A DNA stretch of 64,000 nt from contig CAZLRP010000001.1 of NCBI GenBank assembly GCA_964562105.1, forward strand, positions 2,949-66,948, given 5' to 3'. Below the pieces are notes generated by a model. The model had not been told where the DNA came from. It searched no databases and saw only the letters and a program-made list of their open reading frames with translations. Source of the stretch: an uncultured Candidatus Saccharibacteria bacterium (lineage in GTDB: Bacteria > Patescibacteriota > Minisyncoccia > Phycocordibacterales > GWA1-40-21). Shown piece by piece: positions 59,430-64,000 of this stretch (position 1 is its first letter; every line of letters begins with the position of its first letter). Made by a program: the position numbers and the translations under genes.

Positions 59430-60140
59430 TTAAAATTTAACTATCTTCGCTTTATTTTTATACTTTTTTATTAAAACCTGATCTCCATTATCAAGAATTA
59501 TTTCTTCATCGTTGTTATCCGCATAAACGATTGCTTTACCTCGAGTTATTTTTACGACGATTTCGGAATCTTCTTTTAAAACCATGTGGTCCGATTGTTC
59601 TATACTATTATTGAAAGCTACTCCGATGCCAACTTCAAAAAAACTATCGGTAATAGATCTATAATATCCGGTTGAGCCATAAGGTGTAGAAACAGCAACA
59701 CCATCACCTATTATTTCCTCGCCCACCTTTTTATCGTTTATAAAAATTTCATATCGTATAGCACACCTTGGATCAATATTGTGAACGATAATTTCGTTTA
59801 GCCCAACAATTTTTCTTGTCCCGTCAAATTGGCTTTTTATTTGACTGGGATTACCGCAAGAAGTAGCTTCAATTTTAATTTCATCTTCAACCCTGTATTC
59901 CTTCTTTGTAATTTTTTTTAAAATTTCTTCTGGTGATAAATCATGTCCTTTTTTTGAAGTTTTACTTTTCTTCAAAATAAACTTCGGAATTTCAGGATAA
60001 TCTTTTTCTGATTTCATAAGTGTTCCGTCCCCACCGACGACTGCCACCATGTCTGGAGTCTCAGTAACTATTTTAAAACCGGTCTTTTCTACAAGTTTTA
60101 TTATTTCTTCAGTTTTGTGACCGTAGATTAGGAGGTTCAT
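59430..60140 (-). CDS. NAD kinase family protein
   Basis: GGDGT, LNE, GDGVAVSTPYGSTGY motifs. Confidence 0.9.
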   Translation of the reverse strand: MNLLIYGHKTEEIIKLVEKTGFKIVTETPDMVAVVGGDGTLMKSEKDYPEIPKFILKKSKTSKKGHDLSPEEILKKITKKEYRVEDEIKIEATSCGNPSQIKSQFDGTRKIVGLNEIIVHNIDPRCAIRYEIFINDKKVGEEIIGDGVAVSTPYGSTGYYRSITDSFFEVGIGVAFNNSIEQSDHMVLKEDSEIVVKITRGKAIVYADNNDEEIILDNGDQVLIKKYKNKAKIVKF

Positions 60141-60303
60141 ATTTATATTTGTGCCAATTATTCTCTTTATGGTACACACCATTCTATTCCAAATTTTCTC
60201 AAAAAGAAAGAGGTTTTTAATTACAATTTAATCCCTTGATTAACATTTTTAAAGTGCTAGATTTAAAGCAGAAGATCTTAAACGAACTATTCTGGAGGCA
60301 GAG

Positions 60304-60663
60304 ATGAAAAAATTACTGAAATACGAAAAGCAACTTTCGTTTGAAGAAAAATCGGATAAACCACAAATGTATCGTTGTAAGGAAAAAAATGAAACTCGCT
60401 ATTTTAGTGCGGGTGATGAATTTTTTACGTTCGAAGGTGTTGTACCAAAAATTTTTCTAAGTATCAACCAAATGATTAGTAAAAATGAGAAGACGGGTAC
60501 ATTAAAAAGATGGAAACTAAAGATTAAACCCGGAGAAGGATTATGTCATTGCTGCTCAAAGACAAATGCACTATTTATGGTTGAGAAAAAGAAAAATGGC
60601 CACGACGGAGAGGAAAGACAGCTTCCGTTTTCATGGCCATACGCGATCTACCTCGAACGCTAA
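60304..60663 (+). CDS. Hypothetical protein
   Basis: 119-aa ORF with GGAGG SD and a following hairpin. Confidence 0.55.
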   Translation: MKKLLKYEKQLSFEEKSDKPQMYRCKEKNETRYFSAGDEFFTFEGVVPKIFLSINQMISKNEKTGTLKRWKLKIKPGEGLCHCCSKTNALFMVEKKKNGHDGEERQLPFSWPYAIYLER

Positions 60664-60710
60664 TCATTTAAAAATACCGCAATTTTATTTGCGGTATTTT
60701 TTTAATTTAT

Positions 60711-61031
60711 TTAATATATTCTTTTATTGATTTTCTCAATTTTCCCCTCAAGTGCTTTTTCAAAATCAACGTCCATTATCTCGGCAAGAAGTAAGGTTGT
60801 TATCAAAACGTCCGCAAATTCTTCGGATAAATTATTAATATCATGTTTATCAAGTTTTTCTTTCCGTTGTAAAGAGTTGTAACTTAAAACTTCATCGCAC
60901 AATTCGCCCAACTCTTCAGTAAGCTTTACAGTTCTAGCTAAAATAAGTTTTTCTTCATCCTTATAACCAAAGTGTTTTCTTAACCTTTGGTCTTCTTTTT
61001 TTATAAAATTATTCAAATCTTTTAATTGCAT
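60711..61031 (-). CDS. MazG-like nucleotide pyrophosphohydrolase
   Basis: KLTEELGELCDE...EEFADV. Confidence 0.88.
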   Translation of the reverse strand: MQLKDLNNFIKKEDQRLRKHFGYKDEEKLILARTVKLTEELGELCDEVLSYNSLQRKEKLDKHDINNLSEEFADVLITTLLLAEIMDVDFEKALEGKIEKINKRIY

Positions 61032-61043
61032 GTTTTTAAAAAA

Positions 61044-61310
61044 TTATTCAAGAGAAATAATTTGTATCCCCTTTTTTCTGATTTCTTCTTCTGACCAAAA
61101 CAATTTATCTATTCTAAATTTTCCAACATAAGTTACTTTCTTTTTGGTTTTTCTTCCAGTATATTTTTTTGTTTTTGGATTCCATTCTTCAAGAAGCAAA
61201 ATATCGCCTTCCCCAACGTCAAAATCATCCAAACGAAGCTCATACTTTTTCTTGCTGGAGGCGACAGCATCAAAATATTCAGGCCAAATTTTTTTCTTAA
61301 TTATTACCAT
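61044..61310 (-). CDS. DUF3850/ASCH-like domain protein
   Basis: KIWPEYFDAV..KKKYELR..DF.VG.GD.L.LEEW...YTGR. Confidence 0.85.
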   Translation of the reverse strand: MVIIKKKIWPEYFDAVASSKKKYELRLDDFDVGEGDILLLEEWNPKTKKYTGRKTKKKVTYVGKFRIDKLFWSEEEIRKKGIQIISLE

Positions 61311-61641
61311 ACGCAGTATTTTACCTTATTTTAAATGTAAAATATACTTAATTCAGTGCCGGGAATTTCTTGCTTGAATAAAACTTTTCGTAAAAAATAA
61401 TAGCGCCTTGCGGGTTGATTCGTTTATCACGAATTCCGCAAGGCGCGAAACAAAAGAGACACAGCTCCTTGTCCTTTCGGCTCTTGAGACTTTTGGGCAT
61501 TCTCTGTGTAGATTATAATTCCCTTGGTCTCTAGTAAAACGAGAGTCGAGTTTTACTATATGAGTTTAACACAAATGATTCTATAAGTCAAGGATATGTA
61601 GTGTAAAAAATTTACTTATTATCCTTGAAAATAACCGCTTG

Positions 61642-61813
61642 GGAGTGCCGGGAATTTCGACCCTTACAGGGTCAGTACAGGTTTCCCATTTTCTCGCAAT
61701 ATTAATTGCTCAAAAATATGGGAGAACCTTTTCGAATCCCGGACATAAGCGAGTAATCTCGCTTATTCACTCCGACAAAATGAAAAATGGCCCTAAAGCC
61801 ATTTTTCATTTTG
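61642..61813. repeat. tRNA-mirror element beside tRNA-Pro
   Basis: Direct copy ggagtgccggga at 61642; inverted T-arm/acceptor copy at 61731-61776 with a 25-nt hairpin. Confidence 0.75.
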
Positions 61814-61884
61814 TCGGAGTGCCGGGATTCGAACCCGGATCGCATGCTCCCAAAGCACGAATGCTACCGTTACACTACACTCCG
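61814..61884 (-). tRNA. tRNA-Pro(TGG)
   Basis: Cloverleaf; anticodon loop TTTGGGA. Confidence 0.94.
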
Positions 61885-61957
61885 ATATTACAAAAAGATG
61901 ATAACACAAAAGCCAATTTTTGCGAAACAAAAATTGGCTTTTGTGTTTACTTTATAA

Positions 61958-63466
61958 CTAAGATACTTTGTGACTTTTTCTAATCTCTTTCACTTCCTCG
62001 TCATTTTCTTCTTCCTTTTTTTTCTTTCCTTCCTCCCCCATCGCGCGCAAATCTTTTTCCGGAAGCTTTATAAGTTCAAACGCCCGTTCATTTAAATATT
62101 CTTCAGTATTTCTTTTTGGGTCATCAAGAACTTCTTCAAGAAGCGCATGCAAAACAAAGCCGATTTTCGGACCGGGAATTTCTTTTGTCACTTCCATAAT
62201 TTTCTTTCCATCAATGTTTAGCATCCCAACAGAAATCGGATCTCTCGTCGCTTCTTCTATCATCGCATGATATTTTCGGAGTCGATATGGATCTTCTTTC
62301 GGTCTTCCCATTCCTATCCTGTCGCATGCGCGCAAATCCATAAGGTCCCAAATATTTTCTTTTCCAACTCTTGCAACAATTCTTCGAACGGCAGACAAAC
62401 TTATTTGTTCGGTATCCGCAAAAAACATATGTATCCTTACAAGCTTTGTAACTTTTTCAATAATTTTTGTAGGAAATTTTAAATCTTGCAAAATTTTTTC
62501 TGTCATTCTTGCACCGACAACTTCATGCCCGTAAAAAGTTGGTTTATTTTCGCCTTCTCTTTTTGATTTTGGTTTTCCAATATCGTGAAGAAGCGCGGCA
62601 AGTCTGACTTCCAAAGATAATTTTTTATCTGCCGAGTGCTGTAAAGCCCTTAAAGAATGCTCCCAAACATCATATTTATGAGCTCCACCTTGATCTATAC
62701 CGATTGTTTTTTCCAATTCTGAAATTATATATTTAAGAATTCCAAATTTTTGACAAGATTTAATTCCATGCATCGGTTCTGGCGACATAATAATTTTTAC
62801 AAATTCATCACGAATTCTTTCTTTTGCAATTTTTGAAAGCAAACCAGATTCTTCTGCAAGTGCTTTTTCCGTCGCGTTGTCAATTTCAAATCCTACATAG
62901 TTCCCTATTCTCACAGCTCTCAAAATCCTTAGTCCATCTTCACGAAATCTTTCATGCGGATTGCCAACAGTTCTAAGAATTTTATTTTTCAAATCTTCTT
63001 GTCCTTTAAACAAATCAACTACTTGTCCTTTATAATAATTTTCTTTATCTCCTTTTCCTTCAATATTTAAAGCAATTGCATTTATAGTAAAATCTCTTCT
63101 TTCAAGATCGTCTTCCAATTTATCGCTAAAAATAACGCTATCTGGCCTTCTATTATCGGAATATTCTGCTTCAAGCCTATAAGGCGTTACTTCAATAACT
63201 TTGAGAGTTTCGTCTGAAACGGTTTCATTTACAACACCAACTGTTCCGTAAACATTTTCATAAAATGTATCAGGAAATATTTTTATTATGTCTTCTGGCT
63301 TGGCATTTGTTGTAATATCCCAATCTACAGGCTTCACTTTCAAAAGAATATCCCGAACACATCCACCGATAAGATAGGCTTCAAAATTGGCCTTTTTTAA
63401 CTTTTCGGATGCTTCAAAAATTTCTTTTGGTATTGGTCCGTATTCTTCTGTATTTTTTTTCATCAT
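61958..63466 (-). CDS. cca: tRNA nucleotidyltransferase (CCA-adding) with HD domain
   Basis: GGCVRD, DWDITT, RRDFTINA, EDGLRILR and HDIGK motifs. Confidence 0.92.
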   Translation of the reverse strand: MMKKNTEEYGPIPKEIFEASEKLKKANFEAYLIGGCVRDILLKVKPVDWDITTNAKPEDIIKIFPDTFYENVYGTVGVVNETVSDETLKVIEVTPYRLEAEYSDNRRPDSVIFSDKLEDDLERRDFTINAIALNIEGKGDKENYYKGQVVDLFKGQEDLKNKILRTVGNPHERFREDGLRILRAVRIGNYVGFEIDNATEKALAEESGLLSKIAKERIRDEFVKIIMSPEPMHGIKSCQKFGILKYIISELEKTIGIDQGGAHKYDVWEHSLRALQHSADKKLSLEVRLAALLHDIGKPKSKREGENKPTFYGHEVVGARMTEKILQDLKFPTKIIEKVTKLVRIHMFFADTEQISLSAVRRIVARVGKENIWDLMDLRACDRIGMGRPKEDPYRLRKYHAMIEEATRDPISVGMLNIDGKKIMEVTKEIPGPKIGFVLHALLEEVLDDPKRNTEEYLNERAFELIKLPEKDLRAMGEEGKKKKEEENDEEVKEIRKSHKVS

Positions 63467-63586
63467 AACAATTTTATTATATTTTTTGATTTTTAGCTAG
63501 TTTAAAGGTATTATTCAGTTGTTCCCCCATCTGCGCTCGTGGTGAAATGGGTCACAATATTTCTGAGGATTAGGGGGTTATTTAAC

Positions 63587-63658
63587 GCGCTCGTGGTGAA
63601 ATGGATATCACAACGGTCTTCGGAACCGTTGTTGTGGGTTCGATTCCTGCCGAGCGCA
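63587..63658 (+). tRNA. tRNA-Arg(TCG)
   Basis: Cloverleaf; anticodon loop CTTCGGA. Confidence 0.92.
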
Positions 63659-63780
63659 CAATATAAAAAACACCATAGGGATATGGTGTTTTTTATATTG
63701 TGCGCTCGAGCAAGCAAATCTACTTTACTTTCCCTACATACAACAAAAATAGCCTCAAATGAGGCTATTTTTGTTGTATG

Positions 63781-63851
63781 TGCGGACGCCGGGAATCGAA
63801 CCCGGACCCAATCCTTGGCAAGGACTAGTTCTACCATTAAACCACGCCCGC
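63781..63851 (-). tRNA. tRNA-Gly(GCC)
   Basis: Cloverleaf; anticodon loop TTGCCAA. Confidence 0.94.
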
Positions 63852-64000
63852 ATTTGACTACAGATTATTATACACAAAAAATTGAAAAAGAAAATAAATT
63901 TTAATACCAAAAAAATTATTTTAAATAATAAATAACAAAAAAAATATAAAAATGATATTTTATTAAATTTTTAATTCAAAGACACTTCTCTTTTTTTAAT

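Overview
AT-rich bacterial chromosome segment that looks like Patescibacteria (CPR, Parcubacteria-like). This is inferred from gene content and style, not from a search. The backbone is housekeeping: str and partial S10 ribosomal clusters, tuf, fusA, comEC, pilMNO, recJ, tpiA, ruvA, mutM, clpP, rny, HU, a CCA-adding enzyme and 11 tRNAs. Several small mobile or hypervariable systems sit on top of it. (1) A complete diversity-generating retroelement (RT, Avd, 129-bp TR/VR pair with 18 of 18 mismatches at TR adenines) whose avd start is out of frame at a C10 tract. (2) A 317-bp element with terminal inverted repeats and a 4-bp target duplication that encodes only a GIY-YIG nuclease, plus two gene-less derivatives. 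All three insertions leave the host gene intact by supplying a stop codon, a start codon or a tRNA 5' base. (3) A second GIY-YIG gene bracketed by dRS3/REP-like palindromes, with empty doublets elsewhere. (4) A tRNA-anchored element that mirrors the 3' end of its own neighbouring tRNA, with a 25-nt hairpin inserted at or next to the T-stem/acceptor junction. (5) Palindromes inserted in frame into recJ, rsmE, NAD kinase and other enzymes. All coordinates and alignments were read by eye and no database searches were run.
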